From IMG/VR virus record IMGVR_UViG_3300021440_000014, positions 1-64,000 of that record: DNA of 64,000 nt. One strand, written 5' to 3'. Numbering within the stretch: position 1 is the first letter of the stretch; every line of letters begins with the position of its first letter. This document shows positions 29,301 to 37,589 of the stretch, one piece after another. This DNA is from a virus. The notes under the pieces are model-generated. The model did not search any database and was not told the origin of the DNA. It saw nothing but the letters and a program-made list of their open reading frames with translations. A program made the translations under genes and the position numbers.

Positions 29301-32300
29301 GAGTGGATCTAATTTTACAATACTTTTTTCTAAAAAGCCTTGTAATTTGTCTATCTGTTGAAAAACAGATCCAAAATCTCCAGAGGAAGAAGATTTAGCT
29401 ATAGACTCTTTAAGATCTAATAGTGGGGCGGTAAATTCATTGGCTTTTCTAACTGCTGATTTTCCATCTCCAGTTGCTTCCGTTCCGGTTCCAAAAGCTT
29501 CTTCTATTCTTTTTTTGAGAATAGATAAAGCTCCATTATCAATAGAATCAGAAATTCCAGAAACAAAATTTTGATTGATTTTAGCTATCGAACTTACTCT
29601 TTCTTCTTCTATTTGTCTTCTATCATTCTGGAATCTAAGATTAGTTAAAGTTTTAGGCCCAGCAAAATTTTCCTGTATTTTAGCAAAATTTTCAAATCTT
29701 AAAGAATTAGATTTTTTCTGAAACTCTAAGTTAGCAGTCGCCTCCTCATTAACAGAAGACATTACTGTTTTAAAGTTATTTATTACTTCTATAGTTCTAA
29801 ATAAAGAAGCTGAAAAATCTGATGTAGTTTCTAAAGTTCTTTCTCTCTCAGATTTTCCAAGAGCTTCTCTGTTCACTCTTTTTAAAACCGCATCTCCAGA
29901 TAAGTTTTGTTCTAGAAATCTTTGAAATTTATCTATAAACTCGATTGGGTTTGTTTTAGCTCCTTCTTTTAAACTTTGAATAGCATCAAATTTTTGGGTA
30001 TCTGGTAAATTTGATTTATTTATAAAGTTTTCAAAAGCTTTAACACTGGCTTCTATCGAAGACGCAGGAGAGAGAGGATCAAACTTTTTAAATCCTTCTT
30101 CAATATCTTTTTTGAAATTTACCACTTCCGAAAGAGGAATATTTTGTAAATTTTGACCATTTTTAAATGGAATTTGGTTTATAAATCTATTAAAACTTTC
30201 AGAACTAGATACGTTTTCTCTTGTTCTAAATTTTAAATCCTGTAATACTCCGAGGTCATAAGAAGGATCTGCGCCAGCACCCAAAATATCAAGAGAGCCA
30301 ACTGAAGTTCTTCTGTTATTTATAGCTTCTTCTAGTCTATCTCTATTTGGAATAGAAAACTTTTCTAATTTATTATTTATGTTTTCTGATCTACCTAATT
30401 TAGAAACATCTTTTTTCGTATTAGAACCAAACTCTACTGCAAAATCTGCGTTTTTCTTTTCAAAAGCTATAGAATCAATAATTTCTTTAACAGCTTCCTG
30501 TAGACCTTTAAAACCTCCAGTAGATAAACCTTGATTAATTTTGCCTCTTTGTTCCAAGGATAGATTACCAAAAATATTTTTTTGCTCTTTTTGTAATTCG
30601 CTTATTTTTTCAGAACTTAAACCCCTACTATTTCTAAGGGAATCTTCTAATTTAATATAATTAGATAGATTTTCAGAATTTTCCCTATAAGAAGTATTTA
30701 TCCTCTCTAAATTCTTTTGTAAATCTGGAAGGTTACTTATAAATGCTTCAAAAATTCTAGGAAATTCAGTTGCTACTCCAATAGCGGCACCAGCCGCTAT
30801 TCCCGGTGCGCCAAATACTGCACCAAGCCCAGCGTAAGACGCAACATTTCCGACTGATTGAGTTAATTGACCAAATCCTCTTTGGTTTTTAGTTTCGTCT
30901 GTAAAAAGCTGAGATCCAATGCCACCCAAAATTGGGGCAGCAAATCCAGCGGCTATAGAAATAGTATTTAATTTGGAATCGCGGCTTTGTTTAGCGGCTT
31001 CGTATCTTTCTCTATTTTCATTTTTTAATTGATTAGCCTTTGTTCTTGTTTCTCCAAAAAAAAGACTTTTTAAAGAACCTGCTGCGTCAATCTTTTCCTG
31101 AAGAATTGCCTCTTCTTCTTTAAGTTTTGCGGTTTTTTTCTCTTGTATTTTTAATTGAGTAAAATACTCCCCCTTCATTTTTCTACTTAAAGGAACTATA
31201 TCATTAATTATTCTGTTTACTTCAGTAAAATCGTCGGAAGTTCCACCAAGTTTCCTTATGTTCTGTTCTATTACATTCTTAAAATTTTCTACGTTTTTCT
31301 TTTTAGATGATACTTCCCCTGTTTTAATTTTATTAGAAAAAGAAGATATCAAATCATTGATTACCTCAGATCCACCTAATTTATTTATAGATGGGTTTCT
31401 GAAAGAGAAATTTTCTTTCAAAAAGAATGAATCGTAACCAGAATTTTGAATTAATTTAGACTTAGAGCCTATTCTTTTAGAAAGTTCTTCAGATTCCAAA
31501 GATTCTCTTTCTTTTTTGCCAGCAAGATAGTTTTGCATTGAAGAAAATTTAATTTCTCCTTTTGGTTCATCAGGGAAAAACCCATAAGCGTTTTTATTAT
31601 AATTAACTGATCTTGTAAGGCTATTTCTTAAGCTTTTTACGCCTTTTGCCGTTAAGCTAAATTCCTCAGATAAATCTTTAATTTTGGAGTCTACATCTTT
31701 GAAGGTAAATGTGTCATTTTTAATTTGAGATTTTAAATCTTCCAAAACTCTTTGGAACTCTTCCCTTTTGGATGCGGGAGTAAAAGGCTTAAAGGTTTCT
31801 GAGCTAGATGCAAAATCCGGGGCATAGTTAGGAATTAACCCATCAGCCGCGCCATGCGTCTTAGGATTTAGCCCTTGGCTCAAAGCCCTATTAATGCCCT
31901 GATTTAATCCAAGTGGCTCATCCTTTGTGTTATATACCCCAAGTCCAGCAGGATTCAGTGGAGATTTAAGAAAAGGAGATGAAGAAGCCTTTATTAAAGA
32001 AGGAGAAACTCCCGCCCCGACTTCTCTACTTACTGCTTTAGAAAGAGATGAATAGTTAGGTATTAATCCTTTTGAGGCCGGAATTAGTCCAGAATCCCTC
32101 AAGTATTTAGTTAAACTTAAGTCGTTTAGACCAACTTCCCTGCTTCTTCCAAATGTTCCATTTTTTACTAGAAATTTTAATTTAGGTTGAGCAAAAGCAT
32201 TAGTAATAGCCTCTGCAACCGATTCAAGTTTATTTACATTTACTATTTTATTGGAAATTTTAGCAAAATCATTTTCTCCTGCAACAGAAATACCAGTTGC

Positions 32301-35300
32301 AGTATTAAGGGTTTTTCCTCCTAGTTGAGAATGAGTTTCATCAAATATTTTAGAAGGGATTCTACTCGTTATATCTAGCTTGTCGTCAAGGAAATGAGAG
32401 TATTCATGAATTAAGGCTCTTGAAGTTTTTCTGGCGGAAATAGACTGAAGATCTTCCTTCATTCTGCCAGAGAGTTGACCGTATCCTCCTTTGAAGCCAA
32501 AATTATCGTCTAGTTTTCCAGCTAAATTATCAAAATTTAAAGTAATTAAATCTGGATCATATACCGCTTTTGTGCTAGAAGATAATTTGCCCTCTATCTT
32601 TCTAAAATCTTTTGCCACGTCTAATTTTGGTGTTGCGCCCACTTTACCAAGAATAAAATTAGAATATTTCTCGAAAGATTCAGTAGAGAGGGCTTTACTT
32701 ATAAATTCATCAGGAGTAAGAGAAAAATTACTATAAGACTTAGGATCTGTCACCAACCTATCTTCTAAATTAATACTGCTAAATAAATTACTCGCGTAAT
32801 TAGGAACTATTCCAGCCGCGCCAAATTGAGATTTCAACTCTTTTAATCTTGATTTAGATAATTTAAATTCTCCGGGATCTATAACGGTCGCCAAGCTTCC
32901 ATTGGCCACCATTGCGGCAAATGTTTGAGAATTTTTATCTCCAAATCCACTTAAGAAATTAGCAGAATTTCTGCTATTAGCTAAAGCAGAAAGCTCCCTG
33001 CTTAATCTATCATTAACAGTAAAATTACTTAAATGAAGATCATCTGGCGTTATCCCATGATTTAAATCGAAATTTTCAAAAGCCTTACCTATGTATGAAG
33101 TTGAAAAAAGTCTAGTTACTGCGTCAGAAGAGTTTTCATGACTCGTTGGATCTTTTATAAACTCTTTATAAATACCTCCTTCAGATAATGAATTATTTAA
33201 AGATTTAAAAATTTTAGGAAATTTTACTCCCGGCAAAGAAATACTTTCGAGATACTTAGAGATTAAGTATTCTTTTTCAATCTCTCTAGGATCTACAAAT
33301 TTTTTAAATTGTTTAAAACCAACTGGAACGCCGCCAATTAGCTGTTTTAAATCTAGGAATCTTGCGTTTTGGCCTATCTCCCCAATTTGCTCTCCTTGTA
33401 TTCTATAATTTGGAACAAGACCAGCCGCAAAATTCTTATATGGATCAAACCCATGAACATCTTCGAAAGCTTTTTTATAGTTCGTGCCAGCTTCACTATT
33501 TTTAGGAGGAAGGATAGCGGGTTGACTCATCCCGAAGTCTTTAACTTGTTCTTTTGAGTTATAAATCACATTTCCCATGCCGGGAACTGACATCCTCTTT
33601 ATAGAACCAGCTTCGTAACCACCTAGCAATGCGCCAACCTTTTCTTTCGTCTCTTCAGGGATTAATCCTCCAGCAGCGGTCTTACCCGGAGAATTTGGCA
33701 ACACTATTTTACCAGCCTTATCAAAGCCTATCTGATTAGATTTCAAGAAATTAGCTGAAGCCTTCGATGTTACAGCGTCTAATCTAGAAATAGCCTCAAG
33801 TCTTTGCTGAGTAAGAGACAATAATGTTCTTTCTACTTCAACTTGAGAAATTGTTTTATTAAGTATTTTTTCCCTTAATCCCGGCTCAAAAGAAAGAGTA
33901 TCTTTCAGTGCCTCGGATATCTGTTTCTGTTGCAGCGCAAATTTATTAAGACCAGCAAAGCTTTTTAATGCGTCTGCCGTAAATTCTGCGAAAGATAACG
34001 CCAATTTACCTACAGCAATAGAGACTATCGCCAGCCCCGGACCAGCAATAAACTCTCCAAGTCCCTTCAAGGCACCATCAGCTATTTGTCTTCCAATTCC
34101 TTTTGACTGTTCGCCAACATCCCCAAATAAAGACTCAACTATTCCCGTCGTGTTTTTTATAACAGGAGCGATGGTAAGATTGCCAACAGTTTCACCTAAC
34201 TGCCTAAATGTCTCTTTACTCTTGTTGAGAACCGAAGCCAAGCTTTTATTATATTCTTCGTTCCTTTTGCTGGCTTCGTTTTGGGACTGAGCGGATTTTT
34301 GAGTGGCTTGATCTACTACGCTGTATTCCTTAGACAAGTCGCCAAGCAAGGCTTTTAAAATGTTAATTTGATAAACGCTACCGACAAGTTCAGCTAAGTA
34401 AGACTGTTGAGAGTCCGAAGCACTATTAAAAGTTCCAGCAAAGTTCTTTAAAATCTCTGACACTGGCAAAATCTGTTGTCCCGCCCCTCTTACTACAGTT
34501 CCCAAACTTTCTAGTTGAGCAATAACTTCTGGTCTTTCTATTCTTGTGAAAATAGTCTTTAAAGCGTTACCAATTACAGCACCACCACGGGCAGTTGTCT
34601 GCTGCGCTGAGGTAACAAAACCTATCAAGCTGTCAATACTAACTCCAGCTTCGGCAGCGGTGCTACCCACACGTTTCAGAGCCTCGGCTAAGTCTTTTGA
34701 GCTAACGGCAAATGCCGCGTCAACATTAGCGAATTTGTTAATTACTTCTGTAGACGTTAATCCAGCCTTTGAAAAGCTGTTAACCGAAGCCGTAAGAGAT
34801 TCTACGCTATCTTCAAGAGATATACCGGCTTGCCTAGATAAAATAGCCGCATCTTTAAGTCTTATAAGGGTTTCTTCCGCACCAAGACCTTGACGTGCTA
34901 ATTCAGTAGCTCCAGCCGCAATTTCAGAAAAAGACTGACCCGTATCTTTAGCTATACTAAAGATTTCGTTTTTAAAATTAGAAAGCTCTTCAGCATTTTG
35001 ATTTAGGAGAGTATTTAATTCAGTAAATGACTTGTTAACTTCTATAGTAGAAGAAACTAAGCTTTTTATGCCCTGAGATACCTGAAATATTAAACCAGCA
35101 GAAGCTCCGAAAGCTATGACACGCGCATTCGCAGCCGCCATAGATTTCGAAAACTCGTCTGTAGAAGAGGTTATTTGACCAAGGGGTCTAGTTAAGGAGC
35201 TTGAATTGAGCCTTCTATTAAATAAATTCTGTATTTTAGACGCACTTTCCTCAGCTTGCCTAAATAAAGGAGAAAAATCTCCACCAACAGATAAATTGTA

Positions 35301-35315
35301 AGTCTCAACTGGCAT
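26358..35315 (-). CDS. Tape measure protein (TP901-type core) carrying internal kinase-like and zincin domains
   Basis: N-terminal TMP core (ELARQGL...FANVDAAFAVSSKDLAEAL...TARGGAVIGNALKTIFTRI), long helical body, hydrophobic segments, and C-terminal GG.V...D.VPAML..GE.V motifs like lambda gpH. Lies downstream of the tube and chaperone genes. Confidence 0.92.
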   Translation of the reverse strand: MPVETYNLSVGGDFSPLFRQAEESASKIQNLFNRRLNSSSLTRPLGQITSSTDEFSKSMAAANARVIAFGASAGLIFQVSQGIKSLVSSTIEVNKSFTELNTLLNQNAEELSNFKNEIFSIAKDTGQSFSEIAAGATELARQGLGAEETLIRLKDAAILSRQAGISLEDSVESLTASVNSFSKAGLTSTEVINKFANVDAAFAVSSKDLAEALKRVGSTAAEAGVSIDSLIGFVTSAQQTTARGGAVIGNALKTIFTRIERPEVIAQLESLGTVVRGAGQQILPVSEILKNFAGTFNSASDSQQSYLAELVGSVYQINILKALLGDLSKEYSVVDQATQKSAQSQNEASKRNEEYNKSLASVLNKSKETFRQLGETVGNLTIAPVIKNTTGIVESLFGDVGEQSKGIGRQIADGALKGLGEFIAGPGLAIVSIAVGKLALSFAEFTADALKSFAGLNKFALQQKQISEALKDTLSFEPGLREKILNKTISQVEVERTLLSLTQQRLEAISRLDAVTSKASANFLKSNQIGFDKAGKIVLPNSPGKTAAGGLIPEETKEKVGALLGGYEAGSIKRMSVPGMGNVIYNSKEQVKDFGMSQPAILPPKNSEAGTNYKKAFEDVHGFDPYKNFAAGLVPNYRIQGEQIGEIGQNARFLDLKQLIGGVPVGFKQFKKFVDPREIEKEYLISKYLESISLPGVKFPKIFKSLNNSLSEGGIYKEFIKDPTSHENSSDAVTRLFSTSYIGKAFENFDLNHGITPDDLHLSNFTVNDRLSRELSALANSRNSANFLSGFGDKNSQTFAAMVANGSLATVIDPGEFKLSKSRLKELKSQFGAAGIVPNYASNLFSSINLEDRLVTDPKSYSNFSLTPDEFISKALSTESFEKYSNFILGKVGATPKLDVAKDFRKIEGKLSSSTKAVYDPDLITLNFDNLAGKLDDNFGFKGGYGQLSGRMKEDLQSISARKTSRALIHEYSHFLDDKLDITSRIPSKIFDETHSQLGGKTLNTATGISVAGENDFAKISNKIVNVNKLESVAEAITNAFAQPKLKFLVKNGTFGRSREVGLNDLSLTKYLRDSGLIPASKGLIPNYSSLSKAVSREVGAGVSPSLIKASSSPFLKSPLNPAGLGVYNTKDEPLGLNQGINRALSQGLNPKTHGAADGLIPNYAPDFASSSETFKPFTPASKREEFQRVLEDLKSQIKNDTFTFKDVDSKIKDLSEEFSLTAKGVKSLRNSLTRSVNYNKNAYGFFPDEPKGEIKFSSMQNYLAGKKERESLESEELSKRIGSKSKLIQNSGYDSFFLKENFSFRNPSINKLGGSEVINDLISSFSNKIKTGEVSSKKKNVENFKNVIEQNIRKLGGTSDDFTEVNRIINDIVPLSRKMKGEYFTQLKIQEKKTAKLKEEEAILQEKIDAAGSLKSLFFGETRTKANQLKNENRERYEAAKQSRDSKLNTISIAAGFAAPILGGIGSQLFTDETKNQRGFGQLTQSVGNVASYAGLGAVFGAPGIAAGAAIGVATEFPRIFEAFISNLPDLQKNLERINTSYRENSENLSNYIKLEDSLRNSRGLSSEKISELQKEQKNIFGNLSLEQRGKINQGLSTGGFKGLQEAVKEIIDSIAFEKKNADFAVEFGSNTKKDVSKLGRSENINNKLEKFSIPNRDRLEEAINNRRTSVGSLDILGAGADPSYDLGVLQDLKFRTRENVSSSESFNRFINQIPFKNGQNLQNIPLSEVVNFKKDIEEGFKKFDPLSPASSIEASVKAFENFINKSNLPDTQKFDAIQSLKEGAKTNPIEFIDKFQRFLEQNLSGDAVLKRVNREALGKSERERTLETTSDFSASLFRTIEVINNFKTVMSSVNEEATANLEFQKKSNSLRFENFAKIQENFAGPKTLTNLRFQNDRRQIEEERVSSIAKINQNFVSGISDSIDNGALSILKKRIEEAFGTGTEATGDGKSAVRKANEFTAPLLDLKESIAKSSSSGDFGSVFQQIDKLQGFLEKSIVKLDPLVRPDGTAETTADQKKLLEELNSTIKNLGISRGLQVGSVENRNKELVTLSEEKRRAEIDLIDLQKKLSVGGGAGNILSNSANFKQSILTGNTLSELGAQIGDFGLSGQGKFQNAKLLQSLGVDVQGTSLFEPLVSDLANTIKQNFPNDLLPASPEEIARKQLTNEFKTETKQDEILRQSSNLYSEIKLNSQNLDSILQKLSSDNGFNVSVKNVAELVAALRGEKYDGSRGAIGDPISFYASAGKSNPLAGDPLFDAFGIRTPNTPVVPLQQTSSKYINPAPSAGEERTLSEALTEKAKNIQFDTSGLTARRTRESFASLLSQLLNSDQSGKIGEDLFRKQAVFQATGDNGDANQAYSSVISSLDNRANSAARLAALSKDGTENLRESKNLRDQLDKLEKKSIGNGLSAIEIAKKQLTLTEKFLAARSKEAYNRGDISGKDYNAQLRLANEKSIQSKDFKISQAASLFGNELTAYNSQDYYKEISDGAVTTAATIKSEFSSAFKSFADGTKDADDAFRSFGNSVLKRVQDLSIDLSTNLLFSYLGEAGKSVASAFGSSSTSQKKNMGGKIMRYSSGGRVKGGSGTRDDVPAMLTEGEYVIKRSAVQAIGEDYLNELNKNSPIYGDGTKLPKKSRGNQDFGAAQVTRSFSEGDRSSIVLNNAFAYNDAKRPTGGYFNVSNQLSALGQTDENNPANRLKFEREQELIGYLGDRKDYDKNRRLTLRNFNRQRNNSLRSAYISAGIQVGAYGLGQIGSSSSNTKKLGDGSTITKGSDGYIVRDKFGGTTSYNSGDTEVAAIFNGLGRANGGIIKKYAGGGTVFGGNSSTDKIPAMLTGGEFVVKKSAVDKYGTSFFNNINNGRKYAEGGYVGSYSSNGNESNYMDKISSVISELSEAVKSLKSNGKNDSGSNNQVQSVTGGTNNISITVNVSKEGSVESKTSSDSSGSRSGKDQENSKKFAELVKSKVVEVIIEQKKNGGLLSPNS

Positions 35316-35340
35316 ATATAAACCTTATTCCTAGTTTATA

Positions 35341-35346
35341 TTACAC
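35341..35346 (-). promoter_or_regulatory. Putative late promoter GTGTAA upstream of the TMP
   Basis: Motif sits in a 37-bp intergenic gap, 25 nt from the ATG. Confidence 0.65.
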
Positions 35347-35352
35347 AGGTTT

Positions 35353-36336
35353 TTATACATTACTTATCCTTAACATATCTTCCATGCTTAATTTTCCACC
35401 CCTCTTGGCGGCTTCTTTAATAAGGTTATTCTTGGAAACTTGGCCACCAAGACCTATATGATCAAGATCTTCTTTAGTCGCGCCAACCAAGGAAACGTTA
35501 GAATTATCCTTATCATATTTACTAAGAACTTTTTCGGCATTCTTGTTAGTCTCAAACCATTCTACAATCTTGTCGGGGTCGTCTTTAATATCGTCTGGTA
35601 TACCATTAGTATTAGCTAAGATGGATTTATAATATTTTGCGTGGGAAAATACTTCATTTTGATAGAAAGAAAGATGGGCAACTGGTTTGCCCCAAAAAGC
35701 ACAAGGATCTTCGCTGCAAATATAAAAATAGTTCATGAAAGAAGGGGAAATGCTTATTTTTTTTAGAGTTCTTGAGCTAAATTTCTCTGTATGCTCTAAA
35801 AATTTAGAAGAAATAGAAATATATTCATCTGGCTCCAATTCGTCATAGTCCTCTTCTGTCCAAAATGAATTTTTTAAATTTTCGTCCGAAAAAGATGACA
35901 GAAAGAAGAATTTGTCATTTATTCTTTTATCAGCGAAACTTTCTGCTGTTATACCAATTGCTTTATCTTTTTTAGACTGTAATTCCTTTATTTTCTTTTC
36001 AAATTCGGCTATCTCAAATTTCATATACTCAATCTGAGATTTAAGAAACATTTTCCTTTTGGTTTCTTCCAGTCTTTTTACGTAGTCTATTTTTTCCTCT
36101 AAATCTCTCTCTTCTTTTTGAGTCCATTCCCCGGAGGAGTATACTTCTTGCAGTTTCTCCTGATATGTTTTTACTCCTTTTTTGGCGGCTTTCTCCAAGC
36201 TATCAGCGTAAATCTCTTCTAACTCCCCAGATATGAAAATGTCTATATGTTTTACATATAGACATTTACCCTGAAAATTATACTTACTATATCCTTTTAT
36301 TATTTCGGATTGAAGTTTTTTTAAATTTTCACTCAT
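35353..36336 (-). CDS. Putative tail assembly chaperone (gpGT-like position)
   Basis: Immediately upstream of the TMP. Acidic and helical, paralogous to 36329..37078 in its N-terminal part. Confidence 0.55.
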   Translation of the reverse strand: MSENLKKLQSEIIKGYSKYNFQGKCLYVKHIDIFISGELEEIYADSLEKAAKKGVKTYQEKLQEVYSSGEWTQKEERDLEEKIDYVKRLEETKRKMFLKSQIEYMKFEIAEFEKKIKELQSKKDKAIGITAESFADKRINDKFFFLSSFSDENLKNSFWTEEDYDELEPDEYISISSKFLEHTEKFSSRTLKKISISPSFMNYFYICSEDPCAFWGKPVAHLSFYQNEVFSHAKYYKSILANTNGIPDDIKDDPDKIVEWFETNKNAEKVLSKYDKDNSNVSLVGATKEDLDHIGLGGQVSKNNLIKEAAKRGGKLSMEDMLRISNV

Positions 36337-37078
36337 TAGCCGCTTTTTGCGTAGCTACTTCAACTTTATCTTCAACTGGCTTTTGTTCTGGATTTTTATT
36401 AAGCCCAACCGTGTCAGCTAATACATCAAAATCTTCTTTGTTTTCAATTCTTCCAGTATACCAAGCAGTAACCAAAAGAAGCATTTTTCTAGCGAGATTG
36501 ATATAGAAATCATCATCTCTCTCAGCAAAGTCATCATAAGTTTTTAACTTAGTTTTATAGTCTCCTTCACCGAAAAACGGTTTTTCGTTTTTAAAGAAGG
36601 CTAACTGGAATAGCCACCACAAAACAGTTTTATTTCTTGAGATAGTTTCAGCCGTGTGCTCATACAAAGACTGTTGTGAAGATTCTATGCTTTGGAGGAT
36701 TCCTCTTAAGTCAGAGATTTCATTAATAATTGCATTAATTTTATCCTTTTCTTCTTTAGTTCTTTCGTCTTCCTTTTTAAGAGACAAAGCCTGATACTCA
36801 GACTCTTTAGCTTTAATGAGTCCAACAGACTCAATATAAGTTTCTTTGTCTTTTTGGGAAAGCGTTCCTAATTCATCTGCGAATTTTACAGCCAGTTGAT
36901 TTCTAGTTAGCAGCCCTTCTTTAATGCAATTAGAAAGCGCGACGCCATAAAACATCTCTTCCTCTTCGAAAAGAACACGATTAGGTTTTCTTAAAAAGAG
37001 TTCAATTGCCTCGTATTTGTCTTCACCTTTTTCGTTTTTTACTTTTTTATAAGCCGTGAATTCGTATAATTTTTTCAT
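36329..37078 (-). CDS. Putative tail assembly chaperone (gpG-like position)
   Basis: Between the tube genes and the TMP. Coiled-coil, acidic, with an LFLRKPNR motif. Confidence 0.55.
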   Translation of the reverse strand: MKKLYEFTAYKKVKNEKGEDKYEAIELFLRKPNRVLFEEEEMFYGVALSNCIKEGLLTRNQLAVKFADELGTLSQKDKETYIESVGLIKAKESEYQALSLKKEDERTKEEKDKINAIINEISDLRGILQSIESSQQSLYEHTAETISRNKTVLWWLFQLAFFKNEKPFFGEGDYKTKLKTYDDFAERDDDFYINLARKMLLLVTAWYTGRIENKEDFDVLADTVGLNKNPEQKPVEDKVEVATQKAANE

Positions 37079-37299
37079 ATTTTATTTTCTATAAAAGTCT
37101 TTGTCTGATTTAAATTTGTTTTGCCGCCAAGTGTTATTAAAAAGTTTTTCTTTTTGGAGTCATCCCAAGAATTGTATAGTTTTTTAAAATCATTGGAATT
37201 AAAAAATTTTACATTTACAAATTTTACTCCAAAAGCTTCTATGGCTCTTGCTGTGCTCTGCAATTTTATTCTTTGTTCTATAATATTAACAATGTTCAT
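37075..37299 (-). CDS. Hypothetical protein
   Basis: 74-aa ORF with ATGA overlaps at both ends. Confidence 0.55.
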   Translation of the reverse strand: MNIVNIIEQRIKLQSTARAIEAFGVKFVNVKFFNSNDFKKLYNSWDDSKKKNFLITLGGKTNLNQTKTFIENKI

Positions 37300-37532
37300 T
37301 TTAAGTAAATCGATATCTTATCAAAATCCTGATCTATCTCTCTGGCAGTATCATTGCCACAGTCGAGAATCTTCTTTCTTATCTTTTTGAAGTCCTCTTC
37401 TTTTAAATTATATGGTGGATTTTTAATATCTTCTAATATAATTAGAAGATTTTTGTATAAGTTGGTGATTTTTCTTTGAGTTTGAAACTTAAAGAATTCA
37501 GATATCTCTTTACTCTTATCTATAGAAGCCAT
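37296..37532 (-). CDS. Hypothetical protein
   Basis: Helical ORF. ATG at 37532 preferred because the GTGTAA motif at 37565-37570 lies inside the track's longer version. Confidence 0.6.
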   Translation of the reverse strand: MASIDKSKEISEFFKFQTQRKITNLYKNLLIILEDIKNPPYNLKEEDFKKIRKKILDCGNDTAREIDQDFDKISIYLK

Positions 37533-37564
37533 AATCCCTTTTGAAAACCTTTTTCCAAAAGGGA

Positions 37565-37570
37565 TTACAC
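37565..37570 (-). promoter_or_regulatory. Putative late promoter GTGTAA
   Basis: Same motif, upstream of the chaperone operon. Confidence 0.6.
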
Positions 37571-37589
37571 TTTTATGCAAATGATAGAA

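Noticed and set aside
36329-36360. Programmed -1 frameshift between the tail chaperone genes
   Set aside because: No in-frame X XXY YYZ heptamer found near the junction. The second ORF has its own ATG and is a paralogue of the first.
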